The notes under the pieces are model-generated. The model was given only the letters and a program-made list of their open reading frames with translations. It had not been told where the DNA came from and made no database searches. DNA of 64,000 nt, from the NCBI RefSeq assembly GCF_009914755.1, contig NC_060935.1. One strand, 5' to 3'. Positions 13,391 through 27,687 of the stretch are shown here, piece by piece. Within the stretch, counting starts at the first letter, position 1, and each line of letters begins with the position of its first letter. Both the position numbers and the translations under genes were made by a program. The stretch comes from the human T2T-CHM13v2.0 reference genome, Homo sapiens.

Positions 13391-13773
13391 TGCTATGGTC
13401 TAAAAGGCCCCTAAAATTCATGTGTTAAAATTTTATCAACAATGTGATAGTATTCAGAGGTGAGGCCTTCAGTAGATGATTAAGTCATGAGAATACAACC
13501 CTGATGAATGGAATTAGCAACCTTAAAATGGAGCTTGAGGAAATGAGTTCACCCTGTCCGTCACTTTCGCCATTTGAGAACACAGCATTCTCTCCTCCAG
13601 AGGATGTAGCAACAAGCACTTGACAACAGAGAACAAGCCATCACCAGACAACAAACTTTCTGCAACCTTTAAGCGTGGATTTCCCGGCCTTGAGAACTGT
13701 GAAGAAATAAATATCTATTCTTTATAAATTACTGTCTGTAGTATTTTGTTATAAAAGCACAAACGGGCTGACA
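13391..13773 (+). mobile_element. MaLR solo LTR (MSTC/MSTD-like)
   Basis: tgctatggtct...gtgaggcctt...agcacaaacgggctgacaca; TG...CA ends. Confidence 0.85.
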
Positions 13774-13949
13774 CATTGACACAATTTGGTTCTAGATTAA
13801 ACAGGTAAAAACGAGGCAGTGAAACAGTATTACTTTCCAGGCAAGTGCCTGTCTATTCAGGCAGAGACCACGAAACAAAATTAACAAAATTTAAAATATT
13901 CCAAAACACATTCTTTAAAAAAAGCTTATTAGAAAGGAAATCCTCAAAA

Positions 13950-15066
13950 ATTTGGCATCAAGATGTAGAAATAGGAAATTTCAGCCATCGTCTTCCTGCA
14001 GAAACAATATTGTCAACCACCCACAGATGACAGTAGCTTTGTGGGAGCCCAAAAGTCCAGCAGATATGGCCAACACCCCAGTAGAAAAAAAGCTTAAATA
14101 AATAGATGCATTGAAAAGGGTAAGAACAATTTCACTTTAGCTATTTCTTCATCCCTCCCCTAAAGCCGCACAGCCCAGTGCCAAGAGAGATCCAATCAGC
14201 CTTGGATCTGTCTCACAAAGGAAAGTAAAAGCATAGTGAGTTCCTGTCTTCTACAGCTCTGAGAGTCACTGCCTAAGAGGCCTACTTCTTTCTCACCCCA
14301 CCGACAACACACAGAAGACTCGGAGGAGAAGCTAGAAACAGGAGAAAAGGGTGGGGACTCAAAACAACTAGGGCACAGAACGCAACAAAGCACCATGGTT
14401 TCTGCTAAATGCCTCCCACACTCCACCAAGAGGTATTCCCAAGAACATCTCACCTATGGTCCCATCTGCCAACTAGGCTATATGTTCCCCTAACATACCA
14501 TGCACCCCTCTCTCCTGTACATGGCACCCTATATGTGCCCCTGCAGACAATACATACAAGCATCCACAGACTTGGTTTGATTCTGAACATTTCAGGACAC
14601 TACCGTAGAGAAAATTAAAGGAGGCTCTCAACAATGGACCTACCTTTGCAGGATTGAGAGAAGGAATGTAAACCTAAGATTTCTTCCCTGAAAAAGGGAA
14701 GAAGTAGAGTAGTTATATCCACAGAAAAGGTCTGAAGGACCTCCAGAATCCCCACCTCAGCTGACTGGTGAAGTCTTTTCTCCTGAAGCCAGTCACTACA
14801 GAGCAAAGAAGATAACATCTTCTTTGAATGTGAAGATGGCAAGGCAAGGCTTCAAGGAAAATTAAAAAAAAAAAAACAAAGAAATATGATACCACCAAAG
14901 AAACAAAGTAAATTTCTAGTAACTAACACCAAAGAAATGGAGATCTATGAATTGCCTGACAAAGAACTCATAATAATTGTTTAACAAGCTACAAGAGGTC
15001 ACAGACAACTCGATGCAACCAGAAAAACAATATATCAACAAAATACAATCAACAAAGACAAAAAAT

Positions 15067-15108
<42 letters not shown>

Positions 15109-16562
15109 AATTCTGGAGCTGAAGAACACCATAAATGAAATAAAAATGTAACGGCCAACTTCAATATCAGACTTGATAAAGAAAAGAAAGAATCTACAAA
15201 CTCAAAAACAGGTCATTTGATTTCCAGTCAGAGGAGAAAAAGAAAAAAAAAGAATGAAAAAGAGTGAGGAAAGCCTGCAGGATTTATGAGACAAAATGAA
15301 CCAAACCAAAATATGCATGATAGAAGTCTCAGAAAAAGAAGACAAAAAGGATTTATGGGACAAAATGAACCAAACCAAAATATGCATGATAGAAGTCCCA
15401 GAAAAAGAAGACAAAAAGAAAGAAGCAAAAGGCTTCTTTAGATAAATAATGCCTTAAAACTATCCAAATCTTGAGAGAGATATGGACTTCCATGTTCATG
15501 AAGCTCAAAAAATCAAGACCAATCCAAAGAAAATTACACTAAGACATGTGCTAATCAAATTACCAGAAGTTAAAGACAAAGTAAGACTTTGAAAGGAGCA
15601 TTAGAAAACTGACTCATCAGAGACAAAGAAACACCAATTAGCCTATCCACAAGCTTCTCCCTAAAAATGTTACGGACCAGAAGAAAGGGATAATATATTC
15701 AAAGGGCTGAAAAAAACCATGTGAACCAAGAATACTATAACTAGCAAAAATGTTTTTCAGAAATGAAAGAGAGATTAAAAACTTTCCCAAACAAAAGCTA
15801 AGGGAGTTCAAAAACAGTAAACCTGCCTTACAAGAAATGCTAAAGGGGGTTCTTTAACCTGAAACAAAACTATTCTAATTAATAACCTGAAAACATGAAG
15901 GTATAAAACTAACTGGTAAAGGTAAGTAGATAGTCAGTGTCAGAATATTACACTATAACGATGATACACAAATCATTTTTAACTCTGGTACAAAGGCTTA
16001 AAGACAACTATTAAAGTGACTATAGCCATAATAATTTGTTAAGTATATTAAGATAAAAAGTTGTACATTGTGACATCGATAACAAACTGTTGGGGTGGGG
16101 GGAATAAAAGTGCAGAGTTTTTGTATGTGAGGGAATTTAAGATGTTATCAGTTTAAAAAAGACTGTTAAAACTATAAAATGTTTGATATGTCTTATGAAA
16201 ACCAAACACACACACACACCTCTAATAGAAACAAAGAGAAACAACAAATAGAAAGAAATCAAAGTATGCCACTATAAAAAAATAAAGTTACAATGAAAAA
16301 CACAAAAGAGGAAGAAAGAATCAAAGGACCTACAAAGCAGCAGGAAAAAAATTTTAAAAAATGGCAATACTAAGTTCTTATCTATCAATAATTACTTTAA
16401 ATTGCAAATGAAACTAAGTTCTTCAATAAAAAGACAAAGTGGGTGAATCAATAATAAAACAAGACCCAACTATATGCTGCCAACAAAAGACTCATTTTAA
16501 CTTTATAAACACACATAGGCTAAAAGGGGATGGAAAAAGGCATTTTGTAAAAATGGAAACCA
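13950..16562 (+). mobile_element. L1M 5'UTR + decayed ORF1 + start of ORF2
   Basis: ggcatcaagatg 5' end; ORF1 motifs; ORF2 start MAILSSYLSIITLN near 16361, KQDPTICCQQKTHF; contains (CA)n at 15068-15106. Confidence 0.85.
15279..15417. repeat. ~70-bp near-perfect tandem duplication inside L1 ORF1
   Basis: ggatttatg(a/g)gacaaaatgaaccaaaccaaaatatgcatgatagaagtc(t/c)cagaaaaagaagacaaaaa twice. Confidence 0.92.
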
Positions 16563-16708
16563 AGGAGACAGATTTGAGTAATTATAAAACTCCAATCTCC
16601 TGCAAAACTGGCTCTGTGTTAATTACTCTTTCTCTACTGGAATTCACCCATCTTGATAAATTGGCTCTGCCTAGGCAGCGGGCAGGGTGAACCTGTTGGG
16701 CAGTTACA
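16563..16708 (+). mobile_element. 3' part of LTR8-like ERV1 LTR
   Basis: ggagacagatttgagtaattataaaactcc...gcagcgggcagggtgaacctgttgggcagttaca. Confidence 0.8.
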
Positions 16709-18042
16709 AATTTGGAGGCTCGTCTGGGATTGCCCTTGTGGCTGCCTGCCTGTGGTTCAGTAGCCCCCTCTCTGGTGATGGATCCAAAGGCCAGCCCAAG
16801 CGGCCACAGTTGTCTTGGACTGGGGGCTGATTCTGGCAATCTCTCTACTGGCAGGGTGCTGCCAATCCAATGTGCATGAATTTAACTGCAATAGAGAAAC
16901 AGTCCTGGGGAGACGTCCCATAACTGTAGCCCTACCACAGGGTGTCTGTCTGTAGCTCCATGGCAGGGTATATGTCTGTAGCCTGGTCATGGAGTGCTTA
17001 TAGCTGTAGCCCCACTATGAGGTATCTGGTTTGGTGAGTATCCTAGGTACTGCCCACACCTCCTTCCTTCTCCTGATCAGTTTGGATCCTTCAGGGGTGT
17101 TGGTTTTTCTGTAGCCCCATGGTGGAGTATCCGTCTGTAGCCCCACTGCATGGTGTCTGTCTTGGTTTGGCTCCATCAGGGGTCTTGGTTTTCCTGTAGC
17201 CTTGTGTGGAGGTGTCTGTAGCTCCACTGCAGGGTGTCTGTCTTGGTTCAGCCCCTTTGGGGGTCTCAGTTGGCTCTCCCTAATTAGTAGGAGGAGTCTT
17301 GGTTCAGCAGACATCTAAATCAGGAAGATTTCAGGGAGATTTCTCAGACGGAAAATAGAATAGTTTAGAAAGGATACTCTCGGAGTTCTTGGTTAGGGAT
17401 CTGGATTTGGAAGGCCTTCTGCCTATCGTGTCTTTGTGTGTGTGTTTGTTTATGTGAAGGGAATCTCTGGAGGAATTGCTGGCACAAGTTCAGCAGGCCT
17501 AACTCAGAGAACCCTCCTTATTTGTCTGGTCACATTCGGTGAGCCCTGAAGGAAGCTCAACAGGCCTGACTCGGGGAGACTATCCACTCTTCGTCTTACC
17601 CAGCAACTACCCAATGAATTACCATTCGGAGGTCATCCCTCCCCGCCTGGAGTGAATCAAAGGCAACAGGGACCAACAGGAGAAAGCTGAGCCTTGCCAG
17701 TTTAATACTGGGTGCTGAATGAGTTGACTAGTGTCTGTTTTGTTATATGTATTTTGCTTTGGCTGGGATGGAAAATGTTAACTCAGTTCCCCACACAGTC
17801 TGTTGGGCAGCATCTTGCAAAATTGAGAATCTTTTGCCAATAGTTCCATAAAACAGAAAAGGGTGATTTCCTTTTGTAAAGTGGCTTGACCCCCACAGCT
17901 ATGCCACAGTAAGCAGGGTCATCAAAAACCGCTCCATTTTTCTGGAAGCTGCAGTGAAATGGAACCCGGAAACCTGGTATGCCGGCAAAAAGGGTAAGAA
18001 ATTCTTACCAGTCAAAAGTTTCTGGTGTGTCTCTCTCTCTCG

Positions 18043-18080
<38 letters not shown>

Positions 18081-20180
18081 ATGGTAAATGTCAATATTTA
18101 TCTCCTCTGCAAGGGTTTAATTAATAGAAAAAAAGGATTTGTGAGACTAGTCTTAGGCTGCAGCAAATCTGGTGCGCTTTGTGCTAAGAATGTCTTTCAG
18201 TGTCGTTCTGTAATGGAGAGAGAGGTATCACAGGATAGAACATGGGTTTAGGACCCCTATAAGCCTACCTTTCAAGCCAGCCTGGCAGGCTGGTCAGTTA
18301 CAAACTTTGCTAGGGGTCCCTGAAACCAATACTAGATGAAACTTTGTCTTGTTTTATGTCCTTAAGAGCTTAACCTTGTGACCATGTGGTGATACTCTCT
18401 CTTGGTTTCCACCATCCAGAAGACACGTGATTTTAGTAATTTTCTGGGAATAAAGACAGTTTTAAAGACTACTGGTAAAATTAAAAGTCCTCCAAATTTA
18501 GACATTTGGTCTAAATTAAGGTCAGGTATCAGATTTGCTAAATGCTTTAAAGTCATAAACTGCTTCTTTGACTTTTGAAAATTGTTCAGTTTACCTAATT
18601 TGGAGCATTAGATTCTAGATAAGGCCTGGGAACATGTGGAGTTAGCCTGGCTCCCCAGCTATGCTGGAAAGAGTAAGACCTCATCTGCACTTCTGTCTGA
18701 TGTCTTAGGCTCCACACCTAGTACATAATTAAAATCACTTATTTATCAGCTTTTTCATCAAAAATAAAAGTTGCTAAGAGTTAAACACTGTAACATGTAA
18801 TTGAGACTACTGGAGAAACAGCTTGACATACAAGGTTGCAAGGTATAGAAGGAAAAAGTAGAATATGGTTTTGCTGGGAGATCAAAAGAAGGCATGGGGA
18901 TATGGTTTTCGTGAAAGACAATGTAATTTTGTGTAGTTCAGAGGGTTTTAAAGATTGTCTCAACCTAAAAGAGTAATGGGACAAAACTGAAAGTTTAAGC
19001 AGGTTGAAAAGGGTGTGTGAAGGGTTGATCCTGTAAAAAAAGTTCTGGGGGTATAAGCAAGTTGGCTAAGGTTTGAAGGGTATTATTTTTTTCTGCAGGT
19101 TGAACATTAAAATAAAAGCACACTGATATGGGGCCACAGTCTGGGCCCATGTGTCTGAGTAACAGGGTTTTCTTAGAAAATTTATCTGCTGTTTAACAGA
19201 AAATTATAAAGAGATCTAAAAAGTTTATGAAAATCTTACCTTATGGTAAAACTAATAAAAAGTGGATGGATTTATAAAATTTTATTTAAAAACTAGCTTT
19301 AGCATTAAAGATGCACTAATAAAAACATAAAATTTTTCTCTTTTGAAAAAGATTTTTATGTAATATTGAGAGACAATGAAAGATTTTTGCTTGCCTTTTG
19401 AGTAAACTACAAAAAATGGGGAGAGAGAAGAAACAGATTCAGTTGGCCTCAGGGTGTCTTCATTGGGTCTAATATATTGTTTGAAAAGCTGAGTCTCCTA
19501 ACAGAGTAAACGTTTTTCTTTTTAAAAATTTTTGAGTTATCATTTTGGCCAAATGAATGAATTATGATGACCTGAAATTCTATTTTGTGATATCCAGTGT
19601 TTTAAACCTTTGATATTTGACAAACTTTCCAATATCAAATTATGAAGTATGCATTTTTCTGACCTAATTAATCTTTTAGATATTATGTCCTCTAAAGACC
19701 AAAAACGACACACTTGGTTTATTTGGTATAAAAATCATAAAAGAAACACTATCAAATATGAAATGGTGTTTGGCTTTCTTTGTGCTATATTTGTGTAAAT
19801 GTGTTATTGGTATATGTTGCAAAATTATATGAAAGTCATAATTCTGATATGACTTAGTATATGGTACCAGTAATAATTATGTTAAATTATTGTGTGCCAC
19901 AAAAGTAACAAATTTCCTTGTCAATTTTGTCTTTACCTGTGGCTAAGACTTTTTGTCATCCACAGACAATTGTTGTCTTGCTTTGATCCTCTTTAAATGG
20001 TGATTTTATAATCAGCTGTAAAACTCTAACAGATGTTCTTAAATGCAGGTTTCTGATAACTTTGAAGATGGCAACAGTAGAATGAAGGGAAATAACTTTT
20101 AGGACTCTCATGGAGAGCTGATATGTTCATGAATATCAAGCAAAACAGGAGTTAACTGAATGGACTGAACTAACAGATAA
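16709..20180 (+). mobile_element. Non-autonomous ERV1 internal region (HUERS-P1/MER4-group-like), 3'-truncated
   Basis: Follows PBS-Pro; leader repeats ctgtagcccc...ggtgtctg (16900-17270); AT-rich MER4-group internal sequence. Confidence 0.75.
16713..16730 (+). promoter_or_regulatory. Retroviral primer-binding site, tRNA-Pro
   Basis: tggaggctcgtctgggat, 16/18 to TGGGGGCTCGTCCGGGAT, directly after LTR CA. Confidence 0.85.
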
Positions 20181-20184
20181 TGAA

Positions 20185-20490
20185 GGCCAGGTGCGGTGGC
20201 TCATACCTATAATCCCAGCACTTTGGGAGGCCAAGGCAAAAGGACTGCTTGAGCCGAGATAGCTGAGACCAGCTTGGGCAACATAGTCAGACCTCATTGC
20301 TCCAAAAAACCTTTTAAAATTAGCCAAGCATGGTGATGCACACCTGGAGTCCACCCTACTCAGGAGGCTTAGGTGAAAGGATCACTTGTGCCCAGGAGGT
20401 GGAGGTTGCAGTGAGCTGAAACTGCACCACTGTACTCCATCCATCTGGGGCAAAAGAGTGAGACCCTGTCTCAGAAAAAAAAAAAAAAAG
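20185..20490 (+). mobile_element. Alu (AluJ-like)
   Basis: Full dimer with A tail. Confidence 0.95.
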
Positions 20491-20494
20491 AGAG

Positions 20495-21545
20495 AGTGCC
20501 ATTTCCATAAATGTGTGAATTTTCCAATTTTACTTCTGCTAGTGAGTCTAACTTCATCCTGTTGTGGTCAGAGAAGATACTTTGTATGGTATCTCTTCTT
20601 AAATTTGAGGCAAAAATTTGTGTCCTAAAACACGATCTATCCTGGAAAATGTTCCATGTGTAACTGAGAAGAATTTGAAAACAAAAAAGAAAAAGGAAAC
20701 AGTACCAGCCCTTTAAATCCCCTGGAAGTCACTTGTCAAAAGAAGAGCAGTTTGAAACAATGGTGGAAGGTATAACAACAATGGCTGCCCACTTCTTTGT
20801 CTGGAAATCTGAGATCAGAAGCAGCAATCGGCAATCAGAGCACAGATCCCCAATATTTGGAGAACAGGCTCCTAACTTCCGCAACGTAGGTGCAAACTGC
20901 TCCAGGAATATGTACATGGCTGCCTATCACGGGGCTGGGTGTGAGAGACAGGGAGCTGGTACTGTGCTAAGAGCTGAAACTGACCAAAACAAACTACATT
21001 TATCATCTAAGCCTTTTCTTGGAAACTGTAAGCATTAAACAGTCTCCAGAGTTCCAAAATAGTCACATTAGATTCTACCAGTGCAACTGTTGTCTAGGTG
21101 GGGAGACAGATTCTTATTGCTTCCTACTCAGCCTCTTCCCATAATCCTCCAATAGATTTTCTTAAATAAGTTTTCCTTTATTTGCTATATGACCTTAGGA
21201 CCATTTCCAGAGACTTAAAATACTTGTGGAGCATCTCATGCTATCGTTTCAGAAGTCATCTTTGACTATATTATTTTCTCTTCTTCACTGAGTATTAAAC
21301 AAGCCTTGCATTCCTGGAATAAAGTCCACTTGGTCACAGCATATGATCTATTTTATATATTGCTAGATTCAAATTGCTAATATTTTGTTAAGGATATTTT
21401 TATCATCTTCACTGGGAACACTGGCCTTTTTTTCCCCCTGTAATGTGTTTGCCTGATTTTAAGGTGAGAATAATGCTGGCCTTATAATTAGTTGGAAAGT
21501 ATTCCTCCTCCTCTATTCACTGAAAGACTTTGTGAACGATGGGCT
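20495..21545 (-). mobile_element. Mosaic of old L1M fragments (ORF2 and 5' region)
   Basis: gtggtcagagaagatactttgtatg; ttgcattcctggaataaagtccacttggtca. Confidence 0.7.
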
Positions 21546-22730
21546 ACAGATAGATTAGCGCTGTAAGGGTTCAAAAGAAAACACTGTGTCTTGAAAGGAC
21601 TGATACAGTTGGTGAAATCTGACCTGCAAAAGCCAGTCTTAGGAGAGAGGGGTGAAGAAATACCATAACTAAGGGAACAAATATGAGAAATTTTAAAACA
21701 AACTAAGGAAATAAGCAGCCTACTTTGCTTAACTCAGCAACTTCTGGTACATTGGTAATAAGCTACTAAAACATGATGATAGAAAGAAACATACAAGGAA
21801 TTTATATCTCCAATTTTCAATTACTTCGTGAAGAATAATCACACCACTATAATCTTACTAAATAGATTAAGTAAATGGATTGTACCATTCTTGTACAATG
21901 TAAACATGGTATCACTACATGCTATGTACCTTTTAAATAACAGAGCAGAAGGCATTTGATATTCTTTTAGCCTGTGAAAAATAAAAGCTCACTTTTTTAT
22001 ATTTAGAGAATATCCAGTGTAAGGCCATTTCACTAACATATGCTGTAAATGTCAAACACTTGCTCTCTTAGTCTTCTTTGCAGCCAGGGAAAGGCACATG
22101 ACCTAACCTGTATCGATCAGCCATCAGCTGAAGCATGAATGGGTAACCGGAAGCAATAGTCAAATCCAATTTTCAAAGCACATTCTGGCAGATTCTATAG
22201 CTATATCAAACTCTAAAAATACAATCTAATGCATAGTGACAGAAAGCATATCAGTGATAGCTGACAGAGGGAGGTGCATGGAGAAGAGCAGGAGGGAGAT
22301 TACCAAGGGGCAATAGGAAATTATTAGAGTTGATGAATAATTGCATTATCTTCAAAAGTGACTTCATAGGTGTTTAGATATGTCAAAGCTTTTCAAATGT
22401 GTGTAGTTTTATTTTTTATTATTATTACTATTTTAGACTCAGGAGGTATATGTGCAGGTTTGTTACATGGGTATATTGCTTGATGCTGAGGTTTGAACTT
22501 CTAATGATCCCATCTTGCAAGTAGTGAACATAGTACCCAATAGGTAGTTTTTGAACCCTTACCCCACTTCCTCACTTCCCTCTGTAGTTTTTAATAGGTG
22601 TAGTTCACTGTGTGTAAATTATATCTCATTATACCTTTTTGAAATAAAGAAAATAAAGAAAAGACAGGGAAAAACCTTTGCTACAGGGGTAAGGCAATAA
22701 TCCTTTAGATACACACCAAAAAACACAACT

Positions 22731-23035
22731 GGCCGGGCACAGTGGCTCATGCCTGTAATCCCAGGACTTTGGGAGGCCGAGGCAGGCGGCTCACCTGAGG
22801 TCAGGAGTTCGAGAACAGCCTGGCCAACATGGCGAAACCCCATCTCTACTAAAAATACAAAAAAAATAGCCGGACGTGGTGGCGTGCACCTGTAGTCCCA
22901 GGTGGCGTATGCCTGGAGGCATGAGAATCGCTTGAACCCGCGCAGCAGAGGTTGCAGTGAGCCAAAATCGCACCACTGCACTCCAGCCTGGGTGACAGAG
23001 CAAGACTCCGACTCAATTAAAAAAAAAAAAAAAAA
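22731..23035 (+). mobile_element. Alu (AluS)
   Basis: Full dimer. Confidence 0.96.
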
Positions 23036-23848
23036 CCCACACAATTAAAAAACTAACGAAATTGTTAAACCTGTTTTTTTTGAAATACACTTATAAAGTA
23101 ATAAAAAAGCCACAGATTAAAAGAAAAATATTTGCAAATCATGTATCTGAAGGACTTGTATCCAGATAGATTTTTTAAAATCTCTAAACCAAGTAAGAAA
23201 AATCTAATTTAAAATAAAAATCCAACTTAAAAAATGGGCCAAAGAATTGAAGAAGTACTTCACCAAATGAGATATACAGATGGAAAATGAGCTCATAAAA
23301 ATGCTCAATATTCTAATTCATTAGACAAATGGAAATTAAAACCACGAGATGCCACTACACTGTAGTCCAATGGTTAAAATTAAACCAATTGTCCCTTCCT
23401 AGATGTTAGTAGGATGTGGAGGCAATGGACCTCACTCTACTTGAAGAAATGGTGTACAATATATTTGAAAAATACTTTGGCAGTTTATTCCAAAAGTTAA
23501 CTATATACATATACATACTTAAATAAGTCCAGGCCATTCAGCTTCTACAAATTTACCCAAGGGAAATGAAATCATGTGTTCACACAAAAACTTGACACAA
23601 ATATTCATAGTAACTTAATTTATAATAGCCAAAAAACTAAAACAACCGAACATTCATCAACAGGTGAACAGATAAAGTGTGGCATATACATATAAATGGA
23701 ATACTATTCGTCAATAAAAGATGAATTATTAATCAATGCAATAACAAAGACAGATCTCAAAATAATTATACTGAGTTAAAGAATCTAGATAAAAAAGAAT
23801 ATTGTATGACTCCATTTAGGTAAAATTCTATACAATACAAACTGATCT

Positions 23849-24290
23849 TGTATTAGTTTCACAGGGCTGCTGTGACAAATTACCAGAATCTTGGTGGTTT
23901 TAAACAACATAGATTTATTCTGTTGCAGTTCTAAAGGCCAGGGTCCAAAATCAAAGTGTTGGCAGGATTGGTTCATTCTGGAAGCTCTGAAGGATTATGT
24001 ATTCTGTGTCTCTTGCCTAGCTTCTGGTAGCTGCCAGCAATACTTGGCATTCCTTTCCTTCTAAATTTATTATTCCAATCTCTGCCTCCATCACATCACC
24101 TCCTCTTTATGTCTCCTCCCCTCTCTTCTAAGGATATTTGACATTGGATTTACGGCCCGTCCTAATACAGGATGATCTCATCTGAAACCCTCAATTACAT
24201 TTGCAAAGATGGTTTTTTTCCAAATAAGGTACCATTCACAGGTTATGGATAGACATCTTTTGGGGTGGGGACACCATTCAACCCACTACA
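23849..24290 (-). mobile_element. MLT1 solo LTR (MLT1C/D-like)
   Basis: tgtattagtttc...ggctgctgtgacaaattacca...accattcaacccactaca. Confidence 0.85.
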
Positions 24291-24814
24291 AAGCTCTAGT
24301 GACAGAAAGCAAATCAGTGGTTATCTGGAGATGGGGAGGGATTAGAGGAAAGAATTGCAAAGAGGCATGAGAAAACTTCTAAGGTGATAGATATATCCAC
24401 TATCATGATTGTGGTACTGGCTTCATGGATATAAATGTATATTAAAAGTTATGAAAGTATACGCTTTGTGACAAGAATATGATAATTTCTCATGCCTGAG
24501 TCTCCGGATACAGCCATCAAATATAACCTAAGTAACCATAAATTCAAACACGATAGAACAAATAGTTTTAAAAAGATGTGGAATTGAGAAAGGATAGCAG
24601 AACACTGAGCTATAAATTAATAAATGACAGAGGCTAAGGAAGAATGAGTTCTGCTACCCCAAAAGGGAAGACAGGTAAATCAGACAGTTTACAATTAGTT
24701 CCCTGAGCATTGTCTTCTACATAGACCCTAAACAAATACTGGTGGAGTGAGTCAATGGCTCAATGAAGCACTAATTCAGAGTTCCCTGTGTTAACTATGA
24801 AGTGGTATTTATAG

Positions 24815-25209
<395 letters not shown>

Positions 25210-25435
25210 AATAGTTAACTTTTTAAGGGGACTGTATGTACCAGTACGACAAACCAGATTTCTATAGTAACATTAGCATACATAAGACCAAATAAATTAA
25301 TGTTCCCACTTAACTCTCATTTGCCAAGAAGAAAATTTTACATGGTGCAGACTAAAGGAGGAGGAAAAGTTAGAAGAAAGAATAAGAGGAAAAGAGTAGG
25401 AACCTCCAAAGGCTGGCCCCTTCCAAGCCTCTTAC

Positions 25436-25470
25436 AATATCTACAATTTGGTGATGCATTGGAAAATATG
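25436..25470 (-). pseudogene. 35-nt fossil exon (frame ambiguous)
   Basis: tttttatgttcag| ... ATT|GTAAGA. Confidence 0.5.
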
Positions 25471-25652
25471 CTGAACATAAAAATTCCTGCCATATTATTT
25501 AGAAACCGCCAAATTAAATACATATGCAAAAGGCATTTTTTTCTATTCCACAGAAAGTTCAAAGGTATGTGTGTATATATATATATATGCAAATAGCTCT
25601 AGATTTATCTATGAATAAACCTTATAATGTTATTATATGGAAAATATATTAC

Positions 25653-26005
25653 ATGTTAAAGGACCAAAAAATAATCCTTGAGAAAGATCAAACATCTTCT
25701 TTAATGAGGGAGATTTATTAAGCAGCAACCATTTGTTCTAGTGTATTGAGTTTAATTCACATGACTAGCAGCTTGATTTGGCAGTCTCAATGCATAAGAC
25801 AAATAATTCATAAAAGTTTGACAGTATTATTTTTAGCTCGCATGCTTCTTGGACTCAGCCCACAAATGCTGCTGCTTTATGCTACCCTAGGGACTCCATT
25901 CAAATACAAATACATTTGTTAGCAACTGGGAGGCTGAGGGAGGCACTCAGTGCACACAACATGATATTCTGAGAATCCAAATTTATCATCTCATTTGGGT
26001 AGACA
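25653..26005 (-). pseudogene. Fossil exon: VYPNEMINLDSQNIMLCALSASLSLPVANKCICI*MESLG*HKAAAFVG*VQEACELKIILSNFYELF...KMFDLSQGLFFGPLT
   Basis: Acceptor ttttttaattattctaag; donor T|GTAATA; 5 stops in 117 codons, frame tentative. Confidence 0.55.
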
Positions 26006-26241
26006 CTTAGAATAATTAAAAAATGACTGTTGTTGCTTCTACATGGACTCAACGAAGTAAGATGGTATAATTTAGGCCACATAACATTATGTACTAGAAG
26101 CATGTTTCTAGTAAGGATTATGGTTACCAATGATCATTACCTAGTAAGTTTAACAGTTTAATTGATCTCTCTTTCATAAAACAATATTTGAGAATGGTCA
26201 CCTAAAACATCTTGTTAAATGTAAACAGTGTTTTCACATAC

Positions 26242-26550
26242 CTTGATTATATTATGAAGCACAAAACATTTTTATTTTTCATGAGGGAGAAATATATCTA
26301 AAATTAGAACTTAACACAAACATGTGAATCAATTGTTTCTCAACTACTTCCAAACAAAATATTTCAAATTCCACACAAGATTCTGCAAACCCATGAGTAC
26401 AAGCTCTAATCTTGACACTGAATTTGGATCATCTCCATGGAGGAAATCCATGAACCAGATGTGGATTTATTCGTCCAGATGTATTTCACATGTATGAGGA
26501 AAAATAAAACATTTCTTCACTGCCTTTATTTGAGGCCACTTAAAAATACA
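26242..26550 (-). pseudogene. Fossil exon, 309 nt (two frames equally plausible)
   Basis: tttgctatttttatctag| ... AAG|GTATGT. Confidence 0.6.
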
Positions 26551-26721
26551 CTAGATAAAAATAGCAAAAAAGGAAATCCTACAAATCTTGAATCTTGAGT
26601 CTTCCACTATTCTGAAGGAATCATTTGTTGAATTATTACTAAATTAACCAAACTACATATCGAGTAGTTTTCATATTATCAATGCACATTAAAGTTACTA
26701 GTAAATCACAATCAACTTAAC

Positions 26722-26766
26722 ATCATTTTTATAATCCTCCATTTTTCTCGGTATTCAGTAGCCATA
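26722..26766 (-). pseudogene. 45-nt fossil exon
   Basis: tttctattttaattag| purine-rich body; weak donor GTTAAG. Confidence 0.45.
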
Positions 26767-27327
26767 CTAATTAAAATAGAAAATTTTAAAACAATTTTTG
26801 CTTTCACATTATTTGCAAATTAAAGAGAAAAAGTATTCCTTCAGTTTTAACTAAAATGTCATGACTTCAAGATCTAAAATAAACTTCTATGCACAAAGAA
26901 AACATGGATCTACAATGGCAAATTAATGATCACAACAAAATTTCATAAAATTAGTAATACACCTGGATCTAATTGTATGGTCTCAAAATTTCAAATTACT
27001 TTAAAATACCAATGACACGAGTTTTAAAAGCTATAAATTTAATATCACAAAACCAACCTCCATCATATTAAGAGTTCAACTAACTAGAAAAAAACAAAAA
27101 TGGTTCTGTTGGCACATATATTTCCTTTGCCCTCTACTAGAGATCCTTCAAATGCTTAACAACTCTATTTAAATGTTAAAGAAAGTCAAATCAGGAAAAT
27201 GGGTGATCTAGTTGAAATGTTTAATTTTACCCAGGAAAAGAATGTACACATATACTATTTAGTTATAATAATTGTAAACAGATATAACGATACTTATTTT
27301 ATATGAAAATGTTTAATTTACTGAGAC

Positions 27328-27469
27328 ACAGTAGCTAGTCATATATCAATGCAAATTACAGCAGTACAGATATACACATACGACCACATTAAACTGAAAC
27401 AGTAGCTAGTCATATATCAATGCAAATTACAGGAGTATAAATATACACATACAACCACATTAAACTGAA
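27328..27469. repeat. 71-bp tandem duplication
   Basis: acagtagctagtcatatatcaatgcaaattaca...ccacattaaactgaa twice, ~4 differences. Confidence 0.92.
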
Positions 27470-27687
27470 TTAACTTTTGTACAGCTTAGGTTGTCAAGGA
27501 TTTAATAAGAATGTTAAAATTATATGCTGACATAAAAATGAATATTTTAAATTTAGTAACCCATTTTAATTTAATAAAATATGATTTTAAATGATTTCAC
27601 AGAAATACTTCATGCTTGCTCCAAAAATTAAAATTCTAAACAAACAGAAGAAAATTTCCAGCCAAGAAATATTTTATAAATAATTAC

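Larger units (their letters stand above)
22210..24470 (+). mobile_element. Old L1MC/ME 3' region with nested L1PA tail (22410-22585, minus), Alu and MLT1
   Basis: L1 ORF2 end/3'UTR motifs resume on both sides of the inserts. Confidence 0.75.

Noticed and set aside
16900-17270. Repeat-spacer-like array
   Set aside because: Degenerate ERV leader repeats in eukaryotic DNA; no unique spacers or cas genes, so not CRISPR.
22619-23044. 141-aa ORF and similar ORFs at 4608, 24827, 33605 and 47650
   Set aside because: Alu-derived translations.
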